From Antedon mediterranea (lineage: Eukaryota > Animalia > Echinodermata), in assembly GCF_964355755.1 (NCBI RefSeq), contig NC_092673.1:21201648-21265647 (forward strand): a stretch of 64,000 nt of DNA. Direction: 5' to 3'. This document shows positions 51,932 to 64,000 of the stretch, in pieces. The notes under the pieces are model-generated. The model saw nothing but the letters and a program-made list of their open reading frames with translations, did no database searches and was not told where the DNA came from. Both the position numbers and the translations under genes were made by a program. Position 1 is the stretch's first letter; each line of letters begins with the position of its first letter.

Positions 51932-54630
51932 TTTTTACCGTTGTGATATTGATGGCAGAAGAAGTCTGTTTAAAGAAAAACTATTTTTATTTATTTATTT
52001 ATTTGTTTTAAATTTCATCAAAATCAACAGCAACGAAAGTTGCCACTTAAAGTTATGAAACAGAAAACAGATACAATAAATACTCTATTTATAAAGCAAA
52101 CTTAAATAAATAAATTAGCCTATTGAGCACAATTATTTTAAAAATTGAATGATGAATAACTACTAGGCCTAGGCCTATAGGCCCTATTGAACAAAATATC
52201 AACATTCAGACCTAGGCCTAGGCCTAGCCTAGGCTATATTATTGGACTCACTTAAATGGTTATACAAAGGCAAGCGTGTCTGAAAAGCTATAATTTTCGA
52301 GACATTTACTTTATTAAACAGAACATAAAAAGTGGACCTAACTCGTAGTTTTACTAGAAGGAGCAAGAGAACAGCAGTACGTCGCAACCAAACAAACAAT
52401 TGACACTCTTGTAAAGAAACATTAAATCTTCTAAACTTAGAGGTTCAAGACAATTAACAACATCAAAACGTTTACAAAGAAACCTAACTTAAATAAAAAG
52501 TAGGCTAAATACTTCCATATTGTTAATCATTTCAAAACACAGATTTCTAAGCACATACAATCTCTTGACTAAGTGGCTTTACCTTGTACAGTTTATATTT
52601 TTTATTTATGCTTAGGCCTATATAGCCTAGGCCTAGATAACTTGTTCATTTTGGCTATGCATATTATTACAAGGGCGGGTGGGTTGCGTCTTTATTTATG
52701 TATATTGTGAATTTATATGTATTTTTATATATATTTATTTATGTCCTTCAATATTTGTATGTGTATGTTTTTGTTAGTGTTTTTATTGTAAAGGTAGTAC
52801 AACGTTTTTTCAGGCTCTGCCTTAGTTGTACGTCCTCCATCTTAAATTGTATTTTTTTTATGTTTGTTATGATGGAAAATAAAGATTGATTGATTGATTG
52901 ATAAAGAAAAAACTTACCTGGCGTTCAGGTCCGCAGCTTGCCTCCTTGGTTACACTCCCCAGTAGAATGAAATAATAACAACATCATTTTGATGATGGGG
53001 TTTGCGTCTCAATTCGATTGTTCGATAAACAATAAGCGTATTAGGAGATACCATTACGCCATTGGTCAGATTTCACATATGATGCGCCATGCGTTGTCAT
53101 GGCCTAAAAAGCGCGTCGTCATGACTACACGCTGCAGCACTTTGGATTGGATTATTTTGCGTAATTCCTCGGGATTTTGTTTAGTGGTTCGTCCAAATAA
53201 AAAGGACAGATAATAAAATAGAAAATTTTTAAATTTATACTCAAAATTGAAACCCATTCCTAAATTAGAACATTTAATTATACTACTTTATGGAACAAAT
53301 TTATGATGCAATTACTCTAATATGATATTTGTTACAATTAGGCCCATATACTTAAGTCCTAAAGCTCTATCTACACTATCAAACTTTACGTGAAAAAAAA
53401 TATGATGTGCTCATAGACATATCACCATATTTTGGCATATCATTACCATTTTTACGCACATCACACTTTTTTGACTGTGTAGACAGGGGCTGGTTAAAAA
53501 GTGTCCTGTCTTTTTCGTACCTAATTACGATGAAAACGGAGACTCTATATACTACCATGAAACTCCGCATTTTTATTGCTGGTTTTTAGTTTATTCTTGA
53601 CTTGAATTGACTTTCTGTTTATATTTATTTATAAATATTTATTATTATATTAAGTTTTTACAATTCAACAAAACCGACAAAACATACTTCACACATGAGG
53701 GCGGTATATATAAAAGAGCATTTGAAAAGTTCTAGAAAATTCATATGAAAATATATAAAAGCTTTGTTGTAACATTAATTAATTTTAATCCAAGTCAAGG
53801 ACAATAAAATGTAAGTATGCATAACCCATAACAAAAATATGCTAGGCCTATGTTGTTAAGGCCAAGCCTAGGCCTAGGCCAAAGTTGTTAAGTCCTAGCC
53901 TAATACTAGGCCTAGGCCTAGGCCCTAGCCTAGTAGGCCTAGCCTACATTCTTGTCTGTGTTGTGTTGTCTAGCCCGCTTTGTAGCTGCTAGGCCTAGGC
54001 CTATATAGGCATCCAGACTGGCGCATGGCGCGAAGCCTCCCTTTTACTTTAGTTGTAGGCCTAGTAGTAGTCTAGATAATAGAATAACTATGTCCAGAGG
54101 CTAAACAACATGACTGGATACTACAATCGATGTCATTAATTGACGAACAGTTGTTTATAAAAGACAAAAAAAAGATAATTTAAATTAATATTAACTGCTG
54201 TCCCCCTAAACATTTTGTTCCCATTTTTTTTAATGTGCCAAGTGTCACATTATAGTAAGTTATTCACTTTGACCAAAAACTGAATCGAAAAAAAAAATGT
54301 TGCCTGAAAAAAATACTTAAATTGTCTTTCAGACCATACAATGGTTTTTGGTTAAAAAATAAATAAATAAATAATAAATAAGTGAAATTATTCTTTTTTT
54401 GTTTTTTTACAGACTTTATTAAAACTGCAAGATTGCCTATTTAAAGTCTGATTTTTTTAATCTTCCTTTTTAATAAAAAGTTGTCATATTTTTGCATTAT
54501 TATTTAATTAAAAATGTTTATATTTATATAATTGTAAACTTCTTATGCACTAGATAAGAAAGTTATTAATTTACTAGATTCCTACTTATTAATAATAACT
54601 AAAAATGCTTTTTACTTATAGAAATTGAAA

Positions 54631-57600
54631 ATGTCTACTACAGCAGATTCTAACCAGATTATTTCTGATGTACAAGATTATTATGGAAAAGTTCTTAAAA
54701 GTTCAGATGATCTAAAAACTCCAGTATGTTGTACAAGACCTCTGAACATGTCAAAGAATATCAAAGATGCATTGTCGCAAATACATGAAGAAGTTCAAAA
54801 CAGGTACGCTTAAGATTAATTATGTAACAATGTTTAAAAGTTTCATGAGTCAGCAAGAATCAAGAGAGATAAGTAAAGAGATAGAGAAGTAAATATTTCA
54901 AATTTGACGTCGGACGATGACATTGCAACAAATGCCTAAATAGAAAACAATTACATATGCATGGTAAAATATTAACTTATGTGTTGATAACTTTATTTTG
55001 TAGGTACTATGGCTGTGGTCTTTGTATACCAACTTGTCTAGAAGGAGCAAAAGTTCTAGATCTTGGAAGTGGTGCAGGACGCGACTGCTACTTGCTTAGT
55101 AAACTAGTTGGTGAAAATGGTCATGTGACTGGACTTGACATGACAGAAGAACAGGTATCCAATAACATTCAATATGTTCAGGTGTATTGATTTATAGGCC
55201 TACTGTGTTGTATACAACTTTATTATTTACAATAAAACCCCTAAACTTCCATTTTTCACTGAAAACTCTGGGGTGATTGGTTGAAATGATCATGTGATTG
55301 TCACAGATAATCATGTGTATAGCAGGTTACCTATTTGATAAAACATTGTAGTTTTATCTAAAATGATATTCTGTACTTACCTATCTATAACAAACAAACT
55401 TGATTGTACACCATATTGTTGGTTATGCAATAACAGGCTATAAACCTTAGTTTTCCTATACAATTACTGTATTGTATAGTCCCAGGGGCCTTAGTATGAA
55501 ATAACAGTAGCAATAGAATTACTGAAGTCATGTGTTTGAATATAGTGGGTGGGATTATATATGAACATACATATATATACTTGGTCATTTATACTTTAGT
55601 ATTTATGTCTCTTTATTTAGTACAAAATTTTACTGTAAAATTTACAACAATTCAACCCCTTGGCTACCAATGTATTGATGGATGAATTTAGATAATAAAG
55701 ATACCAAGATATATGTTTATATGTAATGTTCTTATTTCAGTTGGAAGTTGCCAGAAAATACAAAGATTATCACAGCAAGCTGTTTGGACACAAAGCCAGT
55801 AATGTTGACTTTTTGTTTGGTTACATCGAAAAGTTAACAGAGGCAGGAATTAAGGAAAACTTTTTTGATTTGATTGTGTAAGTGACTGAGTTTAAGCATT
55901 CAACTAAATAATAGTTTTGGCTATTTGTGAATGAAATAATTAAAGTTGTCCCCAAAAATATGAAAAATAAAGATTAATAAAAATCGGACTGAATATATTA
56001 TTTTGTAGTTTTAATCAAGTTAATCACTTGCGTAGAAAAAACGGGAAAAAATTAATGTTTTCACTTACAAAATGACAAATAAATGGTTAAATTCCACCAA
56101 AAACCCATTGACAGCCAGCCTTTTTTTGCTTTAAATTACAGTTTTTAGGTAAATACATTTTTTTCTATCTGAATTTTGGTCAAAGTGGATAAATATTAGG
56201 TGACATTAAAATGGCATATTCAATAAAAAAAATGTTTCAGAATTATTTTTCCAGGGGGACAATACATCTTTAACTTGTTTTTGTTAGATCGAACTGTGTA
56301 GTTAACCTGTCTCCTGACAAAAAAACAGTCTTAGAAGAGGCTTTCAGAGCTCTGAAAGAAGGAGGAGAACTGTACTTCAGTGATGTGTATGCTAGCAGGC
56401 CTGTGCCAGAAGATCTGAGGCAAAACAAGGTATTGTGGGGTAAGTAACTCTAAATATAACAGGGCCCGGGCGTAGCTACCAGTATAGTTTGTAAGGTTTC
56501 AACCTGACCACTTTTTTACAGAGGTCTTTGACAACCCAGTGGCTTGAACAGAGCTTTAGGAATTGTACGGAACCATTTAGTAGTTATTTTGAACCAGTTT
56601 AAAGCAAATATGTATAATATCAGATATTTAAAAAATATTTTTTACAGGAGAATGTTTGTCCGGTGCTCTTACGTGGAAGGATTTGGTCAACTTTTCAAAA
56701 GAGGTTGGCTTTTCTGCTCCACGCCTCGTATCAGTCGCACCTATTGACATCACAAATCCAGAGATCGTCAAGCTTGTAGGTATGTTATCTCTTTACTTTT
56801 CACAACCACCCATTTCGAATGAGATCCATAGTCTACTGCAGTACATTTACATTTTACTGGAGTAACACAATTTACTTACTCCATGGTTACTTTTAGGTGA
56901 TATGAAGTTTATCTCTGTGACATGTAGAGTGTTCAAATTACCAGCTAAGAAGGAAGAAGCTGGTGAGGTTATATATGAAGGCACCGTCACTGATCATCCT
57001 GACAGCTTGAATATTGACATCTCTTCAACATTTAAAGTATGTCTGCAAGTTGAGTAATCGTATTCAAACACAATAGTATAAAAATAGTATAAAAATAATG
57101 AATGTTTAGGAGTGTAATGGTACAAATAATAGCATGAGGTAAATTATGAACTATAACCTTTCATCATTCACCAAATGCCATTATTTGTACCATTACACGA
57201 ATATAAAACATTTATTATTCAACATATCTTTCTAGAAATGTACTTCCATTACGAAACCAGTCACAATATTCAATATTTGCAGCGGAAGTACAAAATAGGT
57301 GGCGCTGTTTTATTTCAAAAGCAATAGTATTAAAAAAAAAGATTTTCCAAACACGAAAAGATTTTTTTTCCGCACATGAACAAAAATGTACCATTGAACG
57401 ACTGTTCAATAGTGCATACTATTGCACGCCATTTGACTCGCAGTCCAATCAAATTACAGGAATATATTTAGGCATTATATAATACAATAATCTGAAATAA
57501 TTCAGTAAGTCGGTAGTGTAATGCAGATTACTTGAAAGAAATCTATTCAAGGAAATAAAGGCAGAAAACAAGATGAAATGCAAAACTCATAATAGGGATC

Positions 57601-58063
57601 ATTTGCTAATTCTCTACTTTTCTCTTTTGCAAAAACAGGCAAGCTGTCCTACATCTGTTGACAGTACCATGGCAACAATTCTTAAATCCAGTCGCTATGC
57701 AGATGATTTTACCTTCAATACCTCTGGTCCTTCAGAGGCTAAGAAATCATGTCAACCTAAAAAACTTGTGAGTACTGTTACAGTTGTTTTGTTGTTTAAG
57801 TGTTTAATAGCGAATAAACCCTACAGCATGTGGTACGGAAAATGTTTTTATCTATTTCCTTAAAGAGTTAGAGAAAAATGTTTTATTATTTTAGATTAAA
57901 AGTATTCAATAACAATAACAAAAAATATCAATAACACAGAAAAACTTTATATGAATATTGGATATTATTTTGACAGGACTGTACAATGGATCCATTTGTA
58001 TACCTTGAGACGAAGCCTGTGGCGTCTGGGTGTGGTCCAAAAACAAGTGGCAAATGCTGTTAA
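54631..58063 (+). CDS. AS3MT: Arsenite methyltransferase, 8 coding exons
   Basis: Exons 54631-54803, 55004-55154, 55741-55877, 56288-56439, 56648-56779, 56897-57036, 57639-57767, 57977-58063. Motifs VQDYYGKVL, RYYGCG, VLDLGSGAGRD (SAM motif I), GLDMTEEQL, GYIEKL, SNCVVNL, GGELYFSDVY, WGECLSGAL, SRYA, C-terminal CC. Confidence 0.95.
55944..56269. mobile_element. Kolobok-like TTAA MITE, copy 3 (AS3MT intron)
   Basis: TTAA|AG..TTGTCCCC...GGGGGACAATACATCT|TTAA; body similar to copy 2. Confidence 0.7.
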
Positions 58064-58738
58064 ATTGGAACCTGCTAGTTATAGTAGATATTGAAAGCAT
58101 GCTGCATGCAGAGTCATAACCGAAATTGGGAGACAAATACAACATTATTTAGTTCCAATAGCTAATCATGTGGAGCTGCGCAGTGAAAAATTTGTGACAT
58201 GATTATGTGTTTATCAGATTTGCATCTATCTTGAAGAAATAATTATTTCTTAAATAAAACAAATGAATGAGACATGATAATCATATTTAGTGCTCAACTT
58301 TTTGATTGATTACTTTCTAACTTGCCCATTTAAATTCCAGCCATGAGAAGACATTTGTTTTGTTTTTGTTACATGTAATGTACAGTAATAATGATTGAGG
58401 AATTGAAAATCAGTAATTTCATGTGTCACAAATTGTTTAACTAAATATCCTTGATTTTAACCAACATTTTAAAAATCGGACAAGAAAACCCAATAATATA
58501 TTATTTTCCTTTATTAATAATGATTATATTTACTAATCAGGTTGATGGGTAAATAACAAAAGTTTAACTTTTAATTTCATTATTGTCTCCTGCCATCAAA
58601 TGGAGTTTAGCAATAAAGTTATTGTACAGTAAATTGATTAAACAAGTAAAGTATTTGTAACTTTTTTAACAGTGTATTGCATGTCGCCCTCTATAGTACA
58701 CAGATAATAGCAATCCTTCCCATCATTCACTTTTTAAA

Positions 58739-59470
58739 ATGGCAGCGTTGACGATAAACAAAGTTGTAAGCGCTGCTCGGGAAACGTTTAAGACCATTTT
58801 GTCGGATAAAACTGTGCTAATGGAACATTTACAGAAACTTAAAATCTGTTGTAATGAGATTAAAGCATCGGATTTAAATATAACCGCTGGGGTTACGCAG
58901 GAACTGTTTTCATCGTCTAGTAGGCCTGCTGATCGTAAGCCCCCGGTTTCATACATGCATCTGTACGAGGATGAGGGGGTTTCGATGGGTGTATTTTTTC
59001 TGAGAGGAGGTAGTCGCATTCCTTTGCACAATCATCCTAACATGTACGGATTGTGCAAAGTGTTGTATGGTACCATTAATGTTCAAAGTTTTTCACCTAT
59101 AGTCAAAGATAATAATTTAGATATTCCAGAATTTAATGAATTCCAACAACAAGAAGGTAGGCCAACAACACCACGAGAACTTTTGACACCTACGAAGCAC
59201 TACGTGACCGATAACGTTACCTCGGATTCGGATGTATGTTTGCTGCTCCCGGACGTTGGCAACTGTCATGAATTAAAAGCTGTTGATGGACCGGCTGCAT
59301 TTGTGGATATTTTGGCCCCTCCTTACGCCCCCGATGAAGGCAGAGACTGTATGTATTATAAGTTGTTGACGGCGAAGAAAGGAGGAGACATTAAATGGTT
59401 GTTGGAGATTCCTCCACCGGCTGAATTTTGGACTGATGAAATACCATATACTGGTCCTGAAATAAAATAA
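58739..59470 (+). CDS. ADO: 2-aminoethanethiol (cysteamine) dioxygenase, single coding exon, 243 aa
   Basis: PPVSYMHLYE, SMGVFFL, IPLHNHPNMYGLCKVLYG, GNCHEL, GPAAFVDILAPPY, GRDCMYY, FW...PYTGP: PCO/ADO cupin with 3-His triad. Confidence 0.95.
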   Translation: MAALTINKVVSAARETFKTILSDKTVLMEHLQKLKICCNEIKASDLNITAGVTQELFSSSSRPADRKPPVSYMHLYEDEGVSMGVFFLRGGSRIPLHNHPNMYGLCKVLYGTINVQSFSPIVKDNNLDIPEFNEFQQQEGRPTTPRELLTPTKHYVTDNVTSDSDVCLLLPDVGNCHELKAVDGPAAFVDILAPPYAPDEGRDCMYYKLLTAKKGGDIKWLLEIPPPAEFWTDEIPYTGPEIK

Positions 59471-60070
59471 ATAATGAAATATTATTATTGTTCTCTTAGA
59501 AAGAGAAATATATGTTCCTTGTCACTATATGGCTTTCTAAGATTGAGAAGTATATTATAAGTTAAGAACTTTAAAAATTAGAAATTACAATCCAAAAGAT
59601 AATATATCTTGATCACTTTATTTTACCATGTTTAGGCCCTCAATCAAAATCCTGGATCCTCGACTGTCCAGCAGTGGGAATGCATTGTTTGTAATTTGCT
59701 CCTACCTAGGCTAATTGCAAAGATAAATGAATATGTTGAATGAAAGAGTTTTAATTAATACAAATATAATGTGTATATACTGTAAAAACTAATATTGAAC
59801 CGTATATATATATACCGTAATTATTTTGTTGAATGAAAGAGTTTTAATTAATAAAAAATATAATGTGTATTATACTGTGAAAACAAAAACCAATAAAAAA
59901 CTGAATCGTATGTTTAAGAGAGTGTCTTCATGTGCGCAGTGTACTATAGATACGAATTTAACCAGTGTAAATATGTCGTATATTGTATTTACACATCTCG
60001 TAACAATGTCGGCCATTTTAAGAAAGAAAGTATGACAGATATTCCGGTAATAAAATAATTTTATGTGTGA

Positions 60071-60446
60071 CACAGTGTGTTGGACGTTCTGATCGTAAGA
60101 TCGAGGTTCGACTACTGATCGTGAGATCGAGGTTCGACTACTGATCGTGAGATCGAGGTTCGACTACTGATCGTGAGATCGAGGTTCGAATCCAACTCTC
60201 GCCGCATTGCTTGTATCCTTAGGCAAGATACTTTACTTACGTTTGCCTCTCTCCACCACCCAGGTGTATAAATGAGTACCCGGTTAGATCAAGACATAAC
60301 TTTGCGCTGATAACTAGCTGTATTATTGGAATATGTTTCCATACGTGTTTGATCCAAAAAAAATGACAGAGGTAATAATGTTCAGCGCATTGAGAGCTTG
60401 CTTATATGCGCTATATAAGAATTTACTATTATTATTATTATTATTA
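60071..60446 (+). mobile_element. tRNA-derived SINE with conserved central domain and L2-like tail; B-box region tandemly amplified
   Basis: 4 x 26-bp ctgatcgtgagatcgaggttcgacta; central tccttaggcaagatactttac...ctctcc...caggtgtataaatgagtacc; tail gcgctatataag...(att)n. Confidence 0.75.
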
Positions 60447-61084
60447 ATCAATCGTTCGATATGCTATCGATCATATTATGTAATACGGTATTTTACAATT
60501 AATTATTAACATTCAAATGTATTTATTCAACTTCTCATTAAAATGCATATACATTAGACACATATCAGTGAGGGATAGAGGACCAACAGGTGGTAAACAC
60601 CTCTATAAAAAAGTCCAGACTCAATTGCACAATGAAAACGTTGTATGAAATTGTAATTATGTATGACGTTTTTCCTTTAAAGACAAATGCAGAAAAAATG
60701 TTGTACCAAAAGTGACGCAAGATAAACAGTGTCAAAGAGTGAATGGAAAACATCTATAACATTACTTACGTATGATGTAACGTATGATGTAATGTAAGTA
60801 CTGTACAAACTATCCTTTCTTTTAAAACATAGTGTATACTGTAATATAGTTGCAAAATGACTCGCTTATAAATAAATAGGTATTGAAAAGAGAGACCTTA
60901 ACACCTACACAACAGTGGAAAAAGGAAATAAAATGTGCCTTAAAATAATAATTGCAACAATGAATGCTACTGTATTTATTTTGGGCAGCAGGTGTAGAAT
61001 AGGGTCGATCGGCGGGGGCGTCATTTGGATTAGTAAAAAATAGCCTAAATATCAACAACACCATTGTCGACTAACTAATGTTTA

Positions 61085-61905
61085 ATACGCGACAAGGACT
61101 TAATGGTCTACTTATATATTATGGTATGACAAGCGATTTGGAAAGTGATGGGATGGTTGAATTAACATTTAATTATATATAATTCTGAAAAGATAATTAT
61201 TTTGTTTGTTAAATATGAAATTCGTGGCTTGAAACCGCAACTGTATACCTACTGTTGTTGGGAAGTAAATACAAGTAAGTAACTTGGCCAATCACAAGCG
61301 ATGGATTACCCAAACTGTCGCTTGTCATTGGTCAAGCGTTGCGCTCGCTCGTCATTTTTGATACGCGACACGGACTTAATTGTCTACTGATAATATTATG
61401 GTATGACAAGCGATTTGGAAAGTGAGGACTGAATTAACATTATATATAGGCCTAATACAAACAATTTAAAACGACTGTATCTGAAAAGATAATTATTTTG
61501 TTGTTATAGGCGTGACTTTAAACCACAACAGATATGCCTACTTTTGTTGGGAAGTAAATAATAGTAAGTAACTTGGCCAATCACAAACGATGGATTATCC
61601 GGACTGTCGCTTTTCATTGGTAAAGTGTTGCGCGTACGTCCTTACGTTGCGTTCTCCAGCAGGGAAGAGTTTCTTCTCTGGTTCTAGTGGGAACCAAGCT
61701 TTATTCCCACTAGAATGTAAGGCATATGGACGTAATGAGGGAAAGCGTAGTAAAGCTTGGTTCCCACTAGGACGCAACGCGTACAGACAACGTGAGTGAG
61801 TTGATCAATCACAAGTGATGGATTATTTGAACTGTCGCTTGTCATTGGTTGACACGCTTGCGTTGCGTTTAAATCCTTGCGTTGCGTCCTAGTGAGAACC
61901 AAGCT
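61085..61905. repeat. ~280-bp direct tandem duplication ending in a cluster of Harbinger-like palindromic MITE copies
   Basis: atacgcgaca.ggacttaat...ggtatgacaagcgatttggaaagtga...aagtaacttggccaatcacaa at ~61085 and ~61361; complete MITE agcttggttcccactag...ctagtgagaaccaagct at ~61754-61905. Confidence 0.7.
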
Positions 61906-62031
61906 TAAGGAGGACAAGCGTAGTAACTAAGCTAGAGTAACGTTTTCTTTCGGATCGTATATTACTTTCTCAAAAAATAATTGGAAATACCACATTACCG
62001 GCCCTTTCTTTTCTCATTTAGATACATGATT

Positions 62032-63250
62032 AAACTAGAAAGCCACTTCGAGAGTGCATACTTCCGCCTACTGTAAAATTCTCCTACATAAGATTTCTCC
62101 GGCAAAAAAAAAATATATATTTGTGTGTGTCTTAATGCTGTGTGTGATTTAGGCTACTACAAGCATTGTGTATGCGAGTTTGGTGTAATGGTTATGTAAC
62201 AAACCTTTCAACAATTAACAATATAGCTTCAGTTGACTAACAATATACGAAAATCAAACGAGTGAATTTGAAAAGAAATAGGTTTTTTAAACTACTCGCA
62301 TAAAAAAACCTGCACATTAAATCAAATTATGTTTTAAAATTTCAAATTACAAATTATAACTCTTGCCTCTTGTACAAAAATGAAGTTTTTGGACAAGTAG
62401 TTCTCGAGAAAATGCAATTTAAGTTTATTTGTTAATTTAAGACTGCTCAGCGGCTTTTGAAAATTCTGTCCTATCTTTTCACACTAGCAGGTCTGAAAAT
62501 AATTCTAAAAAGTGGTCCAGAATTGGGACCATGGTCCAGATTTTCACCAAAAATGGGCAGTGTCGTCCTTGCACCAGTCGACATGTATGGCAGTAATTTG
62601 GAGTCATTCGAATCAAAATTGTGAGCGCTAGAGTGATGACAAACAAACAAACAAACACACACACACACAAACCAAACAGATCAACATACTTGGCCAATTT
62701 TCAATTTGGCCAAGTAACAAACAGACAGACAAACCAAACAGATCAACATACTTGGCCAATTTTCATTTGGCCAAGTAACAAACAGACAGACAAACCAAAC
62801 AGATCAACATACTTGCCCAATTTTCAATTTGGCCAAGTAACAAACAGACAGACAAACCAAACAGATCAACATACTTGCCCAATTTTCATTTTGGCCAAGT
62901 AACAAACAGACAGACAAACCAAACAGATCAACATACTTGGCCAATTTTCATTTGGCCAAGTAACAAACAGACAGACAAACCAAACAGATCAACATACTTG
63001 GCCAATTTTCATTTGGCCAAGTAACAGACAGACAAACCAAACAGATCAACATACTTGGCCAATTTTCATTTGGCCAAGTAACAAACAGACAGACAAACCA
63101 AACAGATCAACATACTTGCCCAATTTTCATTTGGCCAAGTAACAAACAGACAGACAAACCAAACAGATCAACATACTTGCCCAATTTTCATTTGGCCAAG
63201 TAACAAACACACGCTACCAATTATACATATACCTCCTTGGCGGAGGTAAA
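62032..63250 (-). mobile_element. HINE-like family A copy 3 (reverse orientation, chimeric, expanded by an internal minisatellite)
   Basis: aactagaaagccac...gagtgcatacttccgcc at the left and acctccttggcggaggtaaa at the right match the reverse complement of 8978-9667. Confidence 0.75.
62665..63210. repeat. ~61-bp minisatellite, 9 copies, with internal palindrome
   Basis: acaaaccaaacagatcaacatacttggccaattttcatttggccaagtaacaaacagacag repeated; ACTTGGCCAA...TTGGCCAAGT stem in each unit. Confidence 0.92.
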
Positions 63251-64000
63251 TAAAGTCCTATTTAGCGTCCTACTCTCCTTCACATTCGTGATTATGTATA
63301 TTAAATAGAAATAATAAAATTCAATTGACGTTAACATGTTAATGATTGGCTTCTTGTGACGTTCTGTGACATTGTCCTGGCATTGTTCTCTATGTGTAAT
63401 CTGCCTAATGAAAACGTCACGTTGTTACGTAAAAAATAATGAAGTCTTTAACCTGTTTGTGCAATGTATTGTTTGTGTCTTCCACCGCGAACTCCACATA
63501 TTAATTAAATTAATTTCTGTAGAAATAAGTCGAGTAAATTATTGTTATAATAAGTCTAACGTATTAATTGTGTTTATTTAATCATTTTTATTACCTTTAT
63601 AATTCAATATTGTTTAAAAATGAATTGTTCATGTAGAAGTGAAAAAACTTCCACCACCTGAGGCAATCATCTTCATTATTATTTGTACACCAACTCTTCA
63701 TTATTATAGCTCCCATGTGAATCTAATAATTTTAACATTAAAACTTGTTTGAAAGATACTGTATCCTTATTATTATCTCCGATCAACGCCCCTGAATGTT
63801 TATCCATGAACGTGGCTACCGTGTGAACGGGGGGAAAATCTTCTATAGTAAGTTCTTTAAAATCAAGTTATGAGGCTAGTGCTACAATGTTAATAAGTGT
63901 CTTTAATTATGCTGGCAGTGATTGAAGTGTGTTTTTCTCTAAAGAGGAGATTAACTTATTTTCTACGTCATTCAGTTATCGTTGTCATTTTACGTCATAT

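Noticed and set aside
59733-59890. ~55-bp direct duplication downstream of ADO
   Set aside because: Short AT-rich local duplication with no evident function.
62471-62902. Repetitive ORFs (TNRQTNQTDQHT...)
   Set aside because: Translations of the minisatellite and microsatellite; the unit length is not a constant multiple of 3 and there are no splice signals, unlike the 140-bp array.

Overview
AT-rich eukaryotic (invertebrate animal) genomic DNA with spliceosomal introns. The (TAGGCC)n tracts and gene set suggest an echinoderm, but that is inference. Main result: 1717-15224 (+) can be assembled by hand from canonical GT-AG sites into one uninterrupted ORF of ~45 exons (~1129 aa). It has a Gypsy-type DDE integrase (YP-motif N-terminus, HHCC, D-D-E, GPY), a Ulp1/SENP-type cysteine protease, a PHD finger, a Q-rich tract and a terminal CxxC...HxxC finger, i.e. 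a Ginger1-type DNA-transposon protein. Its linker is encoded by a 140-bp tandem array in which every unit is an intron plus a 30-nt phase-1 microexon (DDVTEPHHEP): 24 full copies, a 6-nt remnant and four further microexons. Host genes follow: SIMC1-like (+, 20330-31390), TspanC8 tetraspanin (-, 38848-48008), mitochondrial creatine kinase (-, 48697-51931), arsenite methyltransferase AS3MT (+, 54631-58063) and intronless ADO (+, 58739-59470). Introns and intergenic DNA hold many non-autonomous elements: Ginger-like TGT...ACA MITEs, a hAT/P-like element with 8-bp TSD, TTAA Kolobok-like MITEs, a 9-bp-TSD long-TIR element, Helentron-type HINEs, Harbinger-like palindromic MITEs, LINE 3' fragments, tRNA-derived SINEs and a possible solo LTR. 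All exon coordinates were read manually and may be off by a few nt; no database searches were run.
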